From an uncultured virus (IMG/VR IMGVR_UViG_3300042485_000398) (lineage: Duplodnaviria > Heunggongvirae > Uroviricota > Caudoviricetes): a stretch of 64,000 nt of DNA. Numbering within the stretch: the stretch's first letter is position 1; the number at the start of each line of letters is the position of its first letter. A program made the translations under genes and the position numbers. Where the stretch lies: positions 1 to 64,000 of the IMG/VR virus record IMGVR_UViG_3300042485_000398; one strand, 5' to 3'. The notes under the pieces are model-generated. The model had not been told where the DNA came from. It did not search any database and worked only from the letters and a program-made list of their open reading frames with translations. Below are positions 8,448-18,273 of this stretch, piece by piece.

Positions 8448-9839
8448 TTAAAACTCAAACTTTGAAAAATCTCTTCGCTTACCAATGGTAGTATTTTCAA
8501 ACACTGGAACATCGTCTTGCCCAGAGTCCATAATACCAGCCTGAGCATCATCTTCCAAGTCATACAGTTTCATCTTACCACGGTCGATACCAATCATGAA
8601 GCGTTTGTTCATACCTGGGTCGTTGTAACGATTCTTCAACTGCTTTATCATCAACTGGCCCATCTTGTCAAGTTCTTCTGTTGCGATAAGGGCAAACATC
8701 AAGTCAGCCGTAGCTGGTAGACCAAATGATTCTGAAGTATCTGTCAGTTCGACATCTGAATTGGCATAACCACTGCGGGTTGTCTGTGTAGCAGAAACGA
8801 TTGGCAAATCAAACTCTACTGCCAGACCACGAAGTTCTTCTGCGATACCCTTAATGACTGTGTAAGAATTGGCACCAGACGATGCTTTGTAGCGACTAGA
8901 TGCACAAATATTCAGATAGTCAATGAAGATAACATCTGGCTTGAAGTTCCGCTTCAACTGGAGTTCGTTCAACAGAGCCTTGAAATGGCCTACATGGGCG
9001 CTGGCGGTTGGATATTCTTTGACAATCAAACGACCTTCTGTCTTCGAACGAATCTTTGCAATGCGCTGGTCAAACATAGACTTAGATAGGTCTTTGAGTT
9101 CTTGAATGTTAACGTTCATCAAGTTGGCGTCAATACGTTCTGCGATACGTTCTTCTGCCATTTCAAGGGTGATATACAAAACGTTCTTGTTCTGACCCAA
9201 TGCACCAGCAGCCATGTGGCACATGAACAGAGACTTACCAACACCAGTACCAGCAAGAGCAATGTTCAATGTCTTATTTGGTAGACCACCATTGGTAATC
9301 TTGTTGAACATCTCGAGGTCAAACGGCAACTTAGTTTCTGCCCGGTGATAGAAATCAAAACGGTCTTCGGCGTTATCAATGTAGTCATGTCCTACGTTGT
9401 TATCAAACCCAACTGCCAATGCATCTTGGAGAATGGAAGGAATACCATCTTGCGAATGTACCTTGTCTTCGCCATCAATGATTTGAATCGATTGCATAAT
9501 GGCATTATACACCGCTCGGTCTTTGCAGAACTTTTCGGTCTGGTCTAGAAGCCACTTCTCATTGGCATCCACATCATCATCAAGTGCGGTTAGAGTTTCT
9601 GTAACGTGCTGATACTCTTTTTCATTTACCTTGCGGTCATTTTGTAGAGCAATGTTTATGGCATCGATGGTAGGAAGAGAATTATATTTGGTAACAAATT
9701 CGTTGATGTAACGATAGATTAACTTCTCGGCGTTGTCTGTAAAATATTCATCTTTAATGAATGGGATTACCTTACGCAGGTAATCCTCATCCGAAATCAA
9801 CTTACTTAGGATAATAGTTTCAATTTTCTTCTGCAACAT
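8448..9839 (-). CDS. gp41: Replicative DNA helicase (T4 gp41-like)
   Basis: Walker A AGTGVGKS, IFIDYLNIC, SATQTTR and KNRY motifs; lies after uvsX. Confidence 0.95.
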   Translation of the reverse strand: MLQKKIETIILSKLISDEDYLRKVIPFIKDEYFTDNAEKLIYRYINEFVTKYNSLPTIDAINIALQNDRKVNEKEYQHVTETLTALDDDVDANEKWLLDQTEKFCKDRAVYNAIMQSIQIIDGEDKVHSQDGIPSILQDALAVGFDNNVGHDYIDNAEDRFDFYHRAETKLPFDLEMFNKITNGGLPNKTLNIALAGTGVGKSLFMCHMAAGALGQNKNVLYITLEMAEERIAERIDANLMNVNIQELKDLSKSMFDQRIAKIRSKTEGRLIVKEYPTASAHVGHFKALLNELQLKRNFKPDVIFIDYLNICASSRYKASSGANSYTVIKGIAEELRGLAVEFDLPIVSATQTTRSGYANSDVELTDTSESFGLPATADLMFALIATEELDKMGQLMIKQLKNRYNDPGMNKRFMIGIDRGKMKLYDLEDDAQAGIMDSGQDDVPVFENTTIGKRRDFSKFEF

Positions 9840-10020
9840 TCACATCCTCTAGTTCAAAATATTCTTCATAATCATTAGCAATCTTCATACAACAATCTTC
9901 ACATACCCACTTCTCAAAAGTTAGGCCATGTTCTGAACCATGAAGACAGATTGCAGCATCTTTCTTAGGATTGATGCCGCAACCACATTCGTCACAGATT
10001 TTCGTATTCTTCTGAAACAT
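9820..10020 (-). CDS. Small zinc-finger-like protein
   Basis: CDECGC...CEDCC; overlaps the ends of uvsX and gp41; start uncertain. Confidence 0.45.
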   Translation of the reverse strand: MFQKNTKICDECGCGINPKKDAAICLHGSEHGLTFEKWVCEDCCMKIANDYEEYFELEDVNVAEEN

Positions 10021-11056
10021 CTTCGTCAAGAATTTCCACATTTTCACCCTCCATCATTTGTCCGCCTGCCATGCGGTATCGCTTTTCAATCCAATCACTG
10101 AATGTTGGGTCGGTCAGAACTGGCATCCAGAATTCTTTGTTGTATGTATCATTCAGGCGATGCTTCTTTTCTTCTGTTGCCAACTGGTACCAACCATTCG
10201 ATGGCTTGATAACGTGGCCGCTTTCTAGTGCCATATCAAGTAGACCAGACCACTTACTGATACCACCTTGAAAGGTTACTTCGATTGGAATCTTTGACTT
10301 CTCACGAACATAACGAGACTTCTCGACGTTAATGATAAAGTTGTAACCAACTACTTCGGTGCCTTGCTTCTCTTGCTGGCGACCAATGATAAAGATATTA
10401 TCGGCTGAGTAGTAGATGCCCGTACCACCAGAGACGATTGCCTTGGGGAACATACCAATTTCCATATAAGTGTGATTGACCACGACCATAGGAATGTCTT
10501 TAATGGTAAGATGTGGTGTAATCATACGGAACAAGGACTTCATCTGCTTGGCGCGGGTCATATCTGCAACCGACTTACCATCTAGGGCATCATCAACTTC
10601 TTTCTTAGAAGCAAGGTTACCCACAGAGTCAACTACAATCATGACACGGTCCTTACGTTCAAGTTCATTAACTTGCTTCATAATATCATGTTTCAATTGT
10701 TCAATGTCAGTGATGGGAGTATGAACAACCTTACCTGTATCAATGCCAAAGTTCTCAAAGTATGACTGAGGAGCACCAAACTCGGAGTCGTAAAACAAAA
10801 CAATACCATCATCATACTTGTCCAAGAAACTCTTAACCAACATCATGGCGAATGCAGTCTTAAAGTGTTTAGATGGGCCAGCAAAGATGGTTAGCCCTGG
10901 TGTCAGACCACCATCTAGTTTACCAGAGAGAGCCACATTTAGTGCAGGAACAGAAGTCTGAATTAAATCTTTGGTACTAAAGAGTTTACTTTCTGATAAT
11001 ACATTCGTTTCTTTGATAGTAGTATTCTTTTTCAGTTTGTCAAGTAGTGCGTTCAT
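9992..11056 (-). CDS. uvsX: RecA-like recombinase UvsX
   Basis: GPSKHFKT, YDSEFG, DSVGNLASKKE and GGTGIYYSAD motifs. Confidence 0.95.
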   Translation of the reverse strand: MNALLDKLKKNTTIKETNVLSESKLFSTKDLIQTSVPALNVALSGKLDGGLTPGLTIFAGPSKHFKTAFAMMLVKSFLDKYDDGIVLFYDSEFGAPQSYFENFGIDTGKVVHTPITDIEQLKHDIMKQVNELERKDRVMIVVDSVGNLASKKEVDDALDGKSVADMTRAKQMKSLFRMITPHLTIKDIPMVVVNHTYMEIGMFPKAIVSGGTGIYYSADNIFIIGRQQEKQGTEVVGYNFIINVEKSRYVREKSKIPIEVTFQGGISKWSGLLDMALESGHVIKPSNGWYQLATEEKKHRLNDTYNKEFWMPVLTDPTFSDWIEKRYRMAGGQMMEGENVEILDEDVSEEYENL

Positions 11057-13578
11057 GCGAATAGGTCCTCCAATGTTGCTTTAGGTTCAGTAGACCAGCC
11101 TAGACCGTCTACAATCATGTTAAGTGGGTCAAGAAATGCTTTCTGGAACATCATCTTATAATCTATATATCGGTGAATGTCAAGTTCTTTTGGCATTATT
11201 CCGAGAAAAGCAATACAATTTTCATGCATTGTATTAGGCTCTTTGAGATAAAGGAACTTAATCTTTTCACCCTCTTGTATTAATTCATACTTCTTGTCAA
11301 GGTTGGCTTTCTTGATCATATGGTTATACATCAGGGCACCGCGAACATGCATCGGTGTTCCCTTGCCATAAATATCAGCCGTAGATGTATACTTAGACAA
11401 CCCATTTACACCTCGTGGGAATGCAATCTCTTCAGGTGTCATCTTGTAGAAGGCTTCGCGGGTTTCTTCAATGAACTTCTGTAGAGTTGCTTCGTCGGAG
11501 GTCAGGCAGAGTCTGACGGCTTCTTTGAGGCTCTTGCGGACGGGCGCAGGCGTAGACGAGCGGACGATTTCGAGACCCATGACTTTGAGTTTTGGCTCAT
11601 CGTAACGGACGCCTTCGTTGTCATAGACATTAAGTGCGTACCTCTTTTTTGCAACCCAGATGCCACGTTCCGCGATTGCCTCGCGTTTGAATATAATTTT
11701 CTTCTGAAATGCATTCGTGTAGTCCGCAAGTCCATCGCAACTCTTGTTGATCGCCTCTGTGATTTTCTCTTCGCAGATTTTATCGAGAACGCCAATGAGT
11801 TTGTCGCGGTCCATATCAGGATAAAACTTACTAACAAGAGGCTCCAGGGAAATATAACAAGAATCAGTATCACTGTAGAAAGAGTAGTTGTGTCCATTTG
11901 TTCCTACGACCTTGTTGAGATATGCGTCAAGTGCCTTACCTACTTCCTGAATAATATACTGACCAGTCATAGTGATGCCTTCAGCCACTCGGGCATCATA
12001 ATAACGGAAGTATTCATTACCCATGGCACCGAAGAGAGAGTTCAACTGAATCTTTCTTGCCATTTGAAAGTTGTTATACTTCGAAATGTTGTTCTTTAGT
12101 TTTTCGTCTTTAGTAAGTTCATATTCTTTCTGCGCGGCAATCATTAACTTCTTGTAGCGTTGACGGTCATCAAAGAACTTCTCTACGATTTCTGGAAACA
12201 GACCTTGCTTAGTGCGATTATAGCAATACCCATTTGAAGTCATGCAATAATCATTGTCTTTTAGGTCATCAAGGTCAAAGGTCTTATCAAGAAGGCCGCG
12301 CACGGTGGTGTCTTTGACATAACCATTTACCATGGTCTCAGGCGACATGTTATACTGCATAATGATTGACGGATACAGAGAGGTAGCATCGAAAGAAACT
12401 ACCCAGTCATACTTACCGGGCTTAGGTTCTTGAACATACGCACCTTCAATGCCGCGGCCCTGTTGGTCTCTCTTCTGAGGAATGTGAATGTTCTTATCAT
12501 ACAGGTGATTATAGAGAAGGCAATCCCAGGTGCGAACCTGTGAGAAAACGTCATTGTAATTACACTTGGCGTCATAGGCCATCGTGAGGATAAGTTCAAT
12601 CAACTTCAACTTACGTTCAAGTTCGTCCACAATTTCAACGTCTCGAACGTTGTATTCAACAAACTTCTGCCAGTCTTTAGTGTAAAACTCACGGAAACTT
12701 TCATAGGGATTTTCCAGCTTGTTCTTACCAAGTTCTACAGAAGCAATATGGTCTAGCTTGTAGGACTCTTGGTTAGAATACGTGAACTTCTTAAAGAGGT
12801 CCAGATAATCTAGAACGGCAATACCCTTCATTTCATAGGTAAACATTTCGCGACCCATGACGTTCATGTTCTTGCGCTGCACTAGACCCCAAGGAGAAAA
12901 CTTCTTCTTAGTGGCATTTTCATCATTGAACAGCCGCTCTACACGGGCAATCAAGTATGCAATATCGAAAAGTTCAACGTTCCAACCAGTGATGATATCT
13001 GGATGATTATCAGAATGAAAACGGACATAAGTTTCTAGCAGGTCACGTTCATTATCACACTTGACATACAGAAACTTGTTGCCAGTGGCACGAAGGGCTG
13101 CAATTTCTTCTGAGTTTACATCATCAAATTCACCGCAACCAAAGGTAATAATCTGGCGAGAGACTAGGTCCTTGACAGTGATGAGAAGTATCTCTTCAAT
13201 CGGATTATTGATATCTGGAAAGCCAAACTCGGCTCTCGTTTCGATATCGATTGTCTGAATCTTTAGAGCATTCATATCCCATTGAATTTCACCAGGAAAC
13301 TTATGCGTGATATACTGGTAGCCAAAGTTTGTCTGACCATAGATAGGAAAGTTATCTACTTCACCATAGGTTTGAATAAACTCTTTGGCGTCATTATTAC
13401 TTTGAAACTCAACTGGCTGAAGATTGTCGCCATACAGAGACTTATGGACACCTTCTTCTTTGCTCTTCACATAGAGAACAGGAGAGAAGTCTTCCCTACG
13501 ATTGAAGCGCACACCATTATGAACACCTCGAACGAGAATCTTGGAGCCATATTGGTGTGCGCTGGTATAAAACTTCAT
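11053..13578 (-). CDS. gp43: Family B DNA polymerase (T4 gp43-like)
   Basis: Exonuclease DIET, SFDATSLYPS, KIQLNSLFG, YSDTDS and KKRYAL motifs; no intein seen. Confidence 0.97.
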   Translation of the reverse strand: MKFYTSAHQYGSKILVRGVHNGVRFNRREDFSPVLYVKSKEEGVHKSLYGDNLQPVEFQSNNDAKEFIQTYGEVDNFPIYGQTNFGYQYITHKFPGEIQWDMNALKIQTIDIETRAEFGFPDINNPIEEILLITVKDLVSRQIITFGCGEFDDVNSEEIAALRATGNKFLYVKCDNERDLLETYVRFHSDNHPDIITGWNVELFDIAYLIARVERLFNDENATKKKFSPWGLVQRKNMNVMGREMFTYEMKGIAVLDYLDLFKKFTYSNQESYKLDHIASVELGKNKLENPYESFREFYTKDWQKFVEYNVRDVEIVDELERKLKLIELILTMAYDAKCNYNDVFSQVRTWDCLLYNHLYDKNIHIPQKRDQQGRGIEGAYVQEPKPGKYDWVVSFDATSLYPSIIMQYNMSPETMVNGYVKDTTVRGLLDKTFDLDDLKDNDYCMTSNGYCYNRTKQGLFPEIVEKFFDDRQRYKKLMIAAQKEYELTKDEKLKNNISKYNNFQMARKIQLNSLFGAMGNEYFRYYDARVAEGITMTGQYIIQEVGKALDAYLNKVVGTNGHNYSFYSDTDSCYISLEPLVSKFYPDMDRDKLIGVLDKICEEKITEAINKSCDGLADYTNAFQKKIIFKREAIAERGIWVAKKRYALNVYDNEGVRYDEPKLKVMGLEIVRSSTPAPVRKSLKEAVRLCLTSDEATLQKFIEETREAFYKMTPEEIAFPRGVNGLSKYTSTADIYGKGTPMHVRGALMYNHMIKKANLDKKYELIQEGEKIKFLYLKEPNTMHENCIAFLGIMPKELDIHRYIDYKMMFQKAFLDPLNMIVDGLGWSTEPKATLEDLFA

Positions 13579-13604
13579 GTAACCCTCTTTTCAATTCAAA
13601 TACT

Positions 13605-13633
13605 ACTATACTATAAAACATAACAAAAGTAAA
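13605..13633 (-). promoter_or_regulatory. Sigma70-like promoter of gp43
   Basis: TTTACT-N17-TATAGT. Confidence 0.5.
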
Positions 13634-13639
13634 GAGGTT

Positions 13640-14062
13640 TTAGTTACACCATGATGCTTTCTTTTCGCCCATATAGGCGCGGGCAAGACCAGCCTTGATT
13701 AGTTCTGTTGATAGGTCCTTGCCATTATACTTGACATAACCAAGAACACGGCCGCCAAACTTGTCCCATTCTTTTAGATCAACCTGAATAATCTGACCAG
13801 GTTTAATCACAGACTTAGTAAAGTTTGTTGCTGCTTCTCCACCAGCAGCTTCCTTAGGACACTGGGCACGTCCACCCTTTTCAGGTGTATCAACACCCAA
13901 TACTCGGATTTTAATTACGGGTGGAATTGGAGCTGGCACCCATGGTGCTTCGACTTCGATTGTGTCGCCGTCCATAACTCTTGTTACCTTCCATGAATGC
14001 TCTACTGCCAGAGCTGGAGTGGCAATCAGGGCTGCGGCTAGAAATGCGGTAAATAATTTCAT
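13640..14062 (-). CDS. Thermonuclease (SNase family) with signal peptide
   Basis: VMDGDT, IRVLGVDTPE, DKFGGRVLGYV and LIKAGLA motifs; N-terminal MKLFTAFLAAALIATPALA. Confidence 0.88.
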   Translation of the reverse strand: MKLFTAFLAAALIATPALAVEHSWKVTRVMDGDTIEVEAPWVPAPIPPVIKIRVLGVDTPEKGGRAQCPKEAAGGEAATNFTKSVIKPGQIIQVDLKEWDKFGGRVLGYVKYNGKDLSTELIKAGLARAYMGEKKASWCN

Positions 14063-14358
14063 ATGATAATCTTACTTTCTGGAATAACGATACCACTACC
14101 GAAACGAGTATTATATTCGTTCTTCATTCCAGTATCTGGTTCGAAAATAGAAACAACTGCACCAGCACGAATAGGAATATCTCCGGTCTGGGCATACGGG
14201 CAGAAGGGTGCTAGTCCAATACCAAACTGATTGTTCTGGTTAGGTACCATCATAATCAACAGAGGCTTTTGTAGGATTACAAGACCCTCAGCACTTTCAT
14301 CAATGTCAGCAATGATTTCCTCACCGCTGATTAGCTTTATACATTTAATATTGGACAT
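14059..14358 (-). CDS. Conserved T4-like hypothetical (Sm-like fold)
   Basis: IKLISGEEIIA...YNTRFGSGIVIP pattern typical of the ORF next to hsp20 in T4-like phages. Confidence 0.6.
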   Translation of the reverse strand: MSNIKCIKLISGEEIIADIDESAEGLVILQKPLLIMMVPNQNNQFGIGLAPFCPYAQTGDIPIRAGAVVSIFEPDTGMKNEYNTRFGSGIVIPESKIII

Positions 14359-14379
14359 AGCATTCACCTTCTTAAATTA

Positions 14380-14868
14380 TTACTTAGTTTTACCTTCTGC
14401 CAAGAATTCGGCAGCTTGTGATGGATATTCATTATCCTCATCGGTAATGTCGATCTTCTTGGCTTTCTTTTCTTCTGGAATAAATGCTTCAAGCCAAATC
14501 TTTAGCATACCATTTACCAGAGTAGAACTTTTTACTTCAACATTGTCGGCAAGAGTGAATTCACGTTTAAATCCTCGCTCGGCAATACCTTTGTAAAGGT
14601 ATTCAGTATTGTCAGTGGCATCGATTTTACCACGAATACTCAACAGACCTTCTTGCAATTCAATATCAATCTCGGACTTACCGAAACCAGCAACGGCTAG
14701 TTCAATAACGTAGCGGTCTTCATCGACCTTCTTGATATTGTATGGGGGATATTTAATTGGCATCATCTGGGATGATTGGTCGGCAATATCTGCCAGCCTC
14801 TTCATAACACGGTCTGCGCCAACGAAATAACGATCCATCTGTGGGATCATTGTTGTATCAAATTTCAT
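14380..14868 (-). CDS. hsp20: Small heat-shock protein (Hsp20/IbpA-like)
   Basis: YPPYNI, IELAVAGF, YLYKGIAERGFKREFTL and NGMLKI motifs; SD AGGAG. Confidence 0.95.
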   Translation of the reverse strand: MKFDTTMIPQMDRYFVGADRVMKRLADIADQSSQMMPIKYPPYNIKKVDEDRYVIELAVAGFGKSEIDIELQEGLLSIRGKIDATDNTEYLYKGIAERGFKREFTLADNVEVKSSTLVNGMLKIWLEAFIPEEKKAKKIDITDEDNEYPSQAAEFLAEGKTK

Positions 14869-14875
14869 ATTTTTG

Positions 14876-14927
14876 CTCCTATTAAGCGAGTTTAAAAAAG
14901 TGTGCCATCCGAAGCATGACACACTTT
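14876..14927 (-). promoter_or_regulatory. ROSE-like RNA thermometer 5'UTR of the sHSP
   Basis: CUCGCU-UAAU-AGGAG hairpin with a bulged G opposite the SD, preceded by a C(UUCG)G-capped stem. Confidence 0.65.
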
Positions 14928-14957
14928 ATTTATACTATACTTTTAGAAGAAAGTCAA
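14927..14957 (-). promoter_or_regulatory. Overlapping sigma70 (TTGACT-N17-TATAAA) and late (TATAAATA) promoters of hsp20
   Basis: Both motifs are read directly from the sequence. Confidence 0.65.
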
Positions 14958-15374
14958 CTACTTTTTGCGACCGATGTTATACTTTTGAATAAGTTCCCAC
15001 TCGTTCTTTTCTTTGTAAGCAATTACTTTGATTTGATTTAGAGGTGCCTTGTCCTCATGAATTTCTGGATTGAGAATGGTAATCAAACCCCAGTCCGAAA
15101 GTAAATGCGCAACAGTATTTCTACGTTGCAAGTCATTATCGCTAAAGTCCGCATCTTTACCATCTAAGGCAAAGAGTTCCTTAAAGTGGACAATGAAATA
15201 CCTACCCTGCTTATGAAGGATATGGCATGACTGATAAAGAATCTTATCCTTACGAGACGCTACCCCAATACGTGAAAGAGTTTCACGAACCTTTAGAAAG
15301 TCGTCTGGATTCTCCAACTTAACTTCCAAGGGAGCATACCCAGGATAGTTAATATCAAAAAAATCTTCGCTCAT
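14958..15374 (-). CDS. regA: Translational repressor RegA
   Basis: DDFLKVRETLSRIGVAS and LYQSCHILHKQGRYFIVHFKELF motifs. Confidence 0.97.
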   Translation of the reverse strand: MSEDFFDINYPGYAPLEVKLENPDDFLKVRETLSRIGVASRKDKILYQSCHILHKQGRYFIVHFKELFALDGKDADFSDNDLQRRNTVAHLLSDWGLITILNPEIHEDKAPLNQIKVIAYKEKNEWELIQKYNIGRKK

Positions 15375-15826
15375 TTTCTACCACCTTTATACAATTTCTC
15401 TTTTATTGTTTTCTTTTGTTCTTCGGAGAGAATTGTAAGAGCTTGACTAGCTTTTTCATTACTATAGCCATAATACTCCTTGATCATCTCAACTTCGGCA
15501 TCGTCTTCAATTTTGATCCATTTATCAAAACGCTTTCTAGACCTAATTGTATTTATAAGAAAAGTATTTTGCAGAGCTTTATCAAGGTGTGGGCGGCAGT
15601 TCATCTCGTTGGCTGGAATGACAGTATCAGCACTGAAACTCAGTCCACGATTGATGATCCAAGGGTTGTATTGCTTCTCTGACCACTCATCTACTATGAG
15701 ATTAGTCTTCTTGTGGTTAATATCGTTGATGAAATCAAAGGGAGAAATCTTGGCTTTTTTCTCCACATAATCTTCTGGCTTGTATTCTACCTTTGGATCA
15801 CCAAGGCCCTCTAGAATACCGTCCAT
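15371..15826 (-). CDS. gp62: Clamp loader small subunit (gp62)
   Basis: SPFDFIN, YNPWIINRGLS and IKEYYGYSNEKA; gp44-gp62-regA synteny. Confidence 0.9.
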   Translation of the reverse strand: MDGILEGLGDPKVEYKPEDYVEKKAKISPFDFINDINHKKTNLIVDEWSEKQYNPWIINRGLSFSADTVIPANEMNCRPHLDKALQNTFLINTIRSRKRFDKWIKIEDDAEVEMIKEYYGYSNEKASQALTILSEEQKKTIKEKLYKGGRK

Positions 15827-16758
15827 TACTTCCACTCCACTCCAGCCATAATCTCAACCAGACAGGCTACGAGATTGATTTCTTGGTTGGTGGCGAAAGC
15901 AGACTTGTATTGATAGTCGGCCAGCAGAACGATAAGAGCCGCAGGATACTTAACATCATCAAGAAGGGTATCATAAATCTTACGGAAAATGATGCCAGCA
16001 TCGTTGTCGATATTATCTACAACCCACTGACGGACTTTCTTGAAGTCCTTACCACGAAGGGCATCAACCAGTTCTTTCATATTGATTTCTTGGACATTGG
16101 CCAAGATACCAGCATCGATAGTACCACTTACACTGTAACGCTGTAGTTCATTAAGAACACGGCGATAATCAGGGAAGTGCTTCTTGAGGACTTCGGCAAC
16201 AACCTTGTCATCATACTGCACACTCTCGGCTTCAAGAATATCACCAAGACGTTTCATAAAACGTCCAGCCATCTTTGGTCTATCGGCCTTAGTCAGCTTG
16301 AATTCAATCACCGCAGTTCGACTATGCAGAGGTGCAATGATACGGTTCTTGAAGTTACAGGTAAAGATGAAGCGGCAGTTGTTGGCAAACTCTTCAATGA
16401 AGGCACGAAGGGCTGGCTGAGTGGAATTTGGATTCAGGTAATCGGCTTCGTCTAGAATAACAACCTTAGTCTTGCCGCTAAACGAGACAGAGGATGCAAA
16501 CTCACGAATCTTGGTACGGAGAACATCAATACCAGATTCTTCTGAACCGTTAATAACGATATAATCACAACCCAATTCTTCACAAATGGCTCGGGCGATA
16601 GTAGTCTTACCTACACCAGCCGAGCCACACAGGAGCATATTGGGAATCTCACCAGTTGCCACAAACTGGCGAAAGGTATTCAGTTGTTCATCGGGAAGGA
16701 TACAATCGTCCAGCTTACGAGGACGATACTTCTCAACCCAGAGGAAGTCTTCACGCAT
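15826..16758 (-). CDS. gp44: Clamp loader large subunit (gp44)
   Basis: LWVEKYRP, GSAGVGKTT, DEADYL and PLHSR motifs. Confidence 0.96.
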   Translation of the reverse strand: MREDFLWVEKYRPRKLDDCILPDEQLNTFRQFVATGEIPNMLLCGSAGVGKTTIARAICEELGCDYIVINGSEESGIDVLRTKIREFASSVSFSGKTKVVILDEADYLNPNSTQPALRAFIEEFANNCRFIFTCNFKNRIIAPLHSRTAVIEFKLTKADRPKMAGRFMKRLGDILEAESVQYDDKVVAEVLKKHFPDYRRVLNELQRYSVSGTIDAGILANVQEINMKELVDALRGKDFKKVRQWVVDNIDNDAGIIFRKIYDTLLDDVKYPAALIVLLADYQYKSAFATNQEINLVACLVEIMAGVEWK

Positions 16759-16844
16759 AATGATTCTCCATAATAAAATAAAATGTCCGTCGCGATGTGT
16801 AAGGGCATCCACGGACTCTGGCTTAGTGACCAGTATTCACTATA

Positions 16845-17429
16845 TCAGTTGTTGCGCAACCAGTCAAGAATATTTTCGGGTGAAGTTACACCATAAGGAT
16901 CATCCGCGCAGTTGTCCTCAACTACATCACCTTCAATGAACCACTTCTCAATCTGACCGTTATTCACCACAACAGCATATCGCCATGAACGTTCACCAAA
17001 GCCAAGATTGTCCTTCTGGACATTCATTCTCATCTTACGAGTGAACTTACCAGAACCATCAGGAATCATCTTAACCTTCTTGATCTTCTGATCTTTCGCC
17101 CAGCAATTCATGACAAAGGAATCATTGACAGATACACAGTAGATGTCCTTGATACCAAGTGCCTTAAACTCAGCAAAGTTCTTTTCGAAACCAGGTAACT
17201 GGTAGGTCGAACATGTTGGAGTAAAGGCACCAGGAAGAGAGAACAGAACTACACGTTTACCAGCGAAGTAATCATAGGTTGTCTTATCTTCCCAACGGAA
17301 TGGGTTAGGACCTTCAATCGAGTCATCGCGGACACGGGTCTTGAAGACTACTGCAGGAACAATCTCAGGTAGTTCCTGATCGCTGGCTTCATCGTCCCAC
17401 TCCCGCTTAAATTTAAACTTCTCTGCCAT
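16845..17429 (-). CDS. Peroxiredoxin (Prx5-like)
   Basis: LPGAFTPTCS, SVNDSFVM and GFGERSWRY motifs. Confidence 0.93.
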   Translation of the reverse strand: MAEKFKFKREWDDEASDQELPEIVPAVVFKTRVRDDSIEGPNPFRWEDKTTYDYFAGKRVVLFSLPGAFTPTCSTYQLPGFEKNFAEFKALGIKDIYCVSVNDSFVMNCWAKDQKIKKVKMIPDGSGKFTRKMRMNVQKDNLGFGERSWRYAVVVNNGQIEKWFIEGDVVEDNCADDPYGVTSPENILDWLRNN

Positions 17430-17596
17430 TATACCACAGCTACCTGCGCATCAAAGTCATTAAGAATGAGGAGCTTGTTAAACTGGCGAACAACTTCATC
17501 AAGGTCACTGGTGGTAAACGCAATGGTTACATCACGAGGGTCTTCTTCTGCATCATAAGGAATGCGGGCATTAAATGTGAATTCAAACTTAGTCAT
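17429..17596 (-). CDS. Small hypothetical protein, 55 aa (below the ORF-track cutoff)
   Basis: MTKFEFTFNARIPYDAEEDPRDV...QVAVV; SD AAGGAGA; TAATG coupling to the peroxiredoxin. Confidence 0.7.
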   Translation of the reverse strand: MTKFEFTFNARIPYDAEEDPRDVTIAFTTSDLDEVVRQFNKLLILNDFDAQVAVV

Positions 17597-17607
17597 ATTA
17601 TTTCTCC

Positions 17608-18267
17608 TTAAATAGAGGACGCAGGGTCCATTGCAATGTAATAAACGAGTTCGCGACCCTTGCTCTTAAACTCCATGGCGCGCTTCTTACCAAGCGTGAC
17701 AGTGTAGTTATCAGAGAGGACTTTGAGGTTCTCGGTCTTCACTCGGCAATCAAACACAGGAGCGGGGTCGGTGCTGATAGTCTTAGTGTAGGAGTTTGCC
17801 GATGAATTAGTGGGGTCGCCAACCTTGAGTTGAACCTGGGCGCCATCCGATACAATGCTGATGATTGGTGCCGAGGTGATTGATGCGGCGCGGAGAATCA
17901 TGCTGATTGCATCCGCAGAAAGATCGAACGACCACACAGGTTCAATCTCAAGGTTTTTGTCGGGAGCAGCGGTCACGGTGCCAGGATCGGAATAGAAGTA
18001 TTCAAACTTCGAGCCGTCCTTACTAACCTTGATGCTAGTCTCGCCAAAATCTACGTCCTGATCTTCCATAAGGGTCAGAAGTGCCAGAAGGCTGTTCAGA
18101 TCATAGACGGCAATTTCACGCGGAAAGGTTTCAGTAACCGTGGCACGTGAAAAGATGTTCTTCCCAGGACTTACGGTACCAATCACATTACCCTGCCGAA
18201 ACAGAATATTGGTATTGATACCAGCGTAGTTCTTTAGAAGTGAAAGTGTTTCATTAGAAATTTTCAT
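17608..18267 (-). CDS. gp45: Sliding clamp (gp45)
   Basis: MKISNETLSLLKNYAGINTNI, IYDL-like AVYDLNSLL and YYIAM motifs; synteny. Confidence 0.93.
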   Translation of the reverse strand: MKISNETLSLLKNYAGINTNILFRQGNVIGTVSPGKNIFSRATVTETFPREIAVYDLNSLLALLTLMEDQDVDFGETSIKVSKDGSKFEYFYSDPGTVTAAPDKNLEIEPVWSFDLSADAISMILRAASITSAPIISIVSDGAQVQLKVGDPTNSSANSYTKTISTDPAPVFDCRVKTENLKVLSDNYTVTLGKKRAMEFKSKGRELVYYIAMDPASSI

Positions 18268-18273
18268 AATATA

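Noticed and set aside
11053..13578. Possible intein or intron in gp43 (also checked gp41, gp17, gp20, gp23)
   Set aside because: The ORFs are continuous and of normal length, with no homing endonuclease or splicing motifs.
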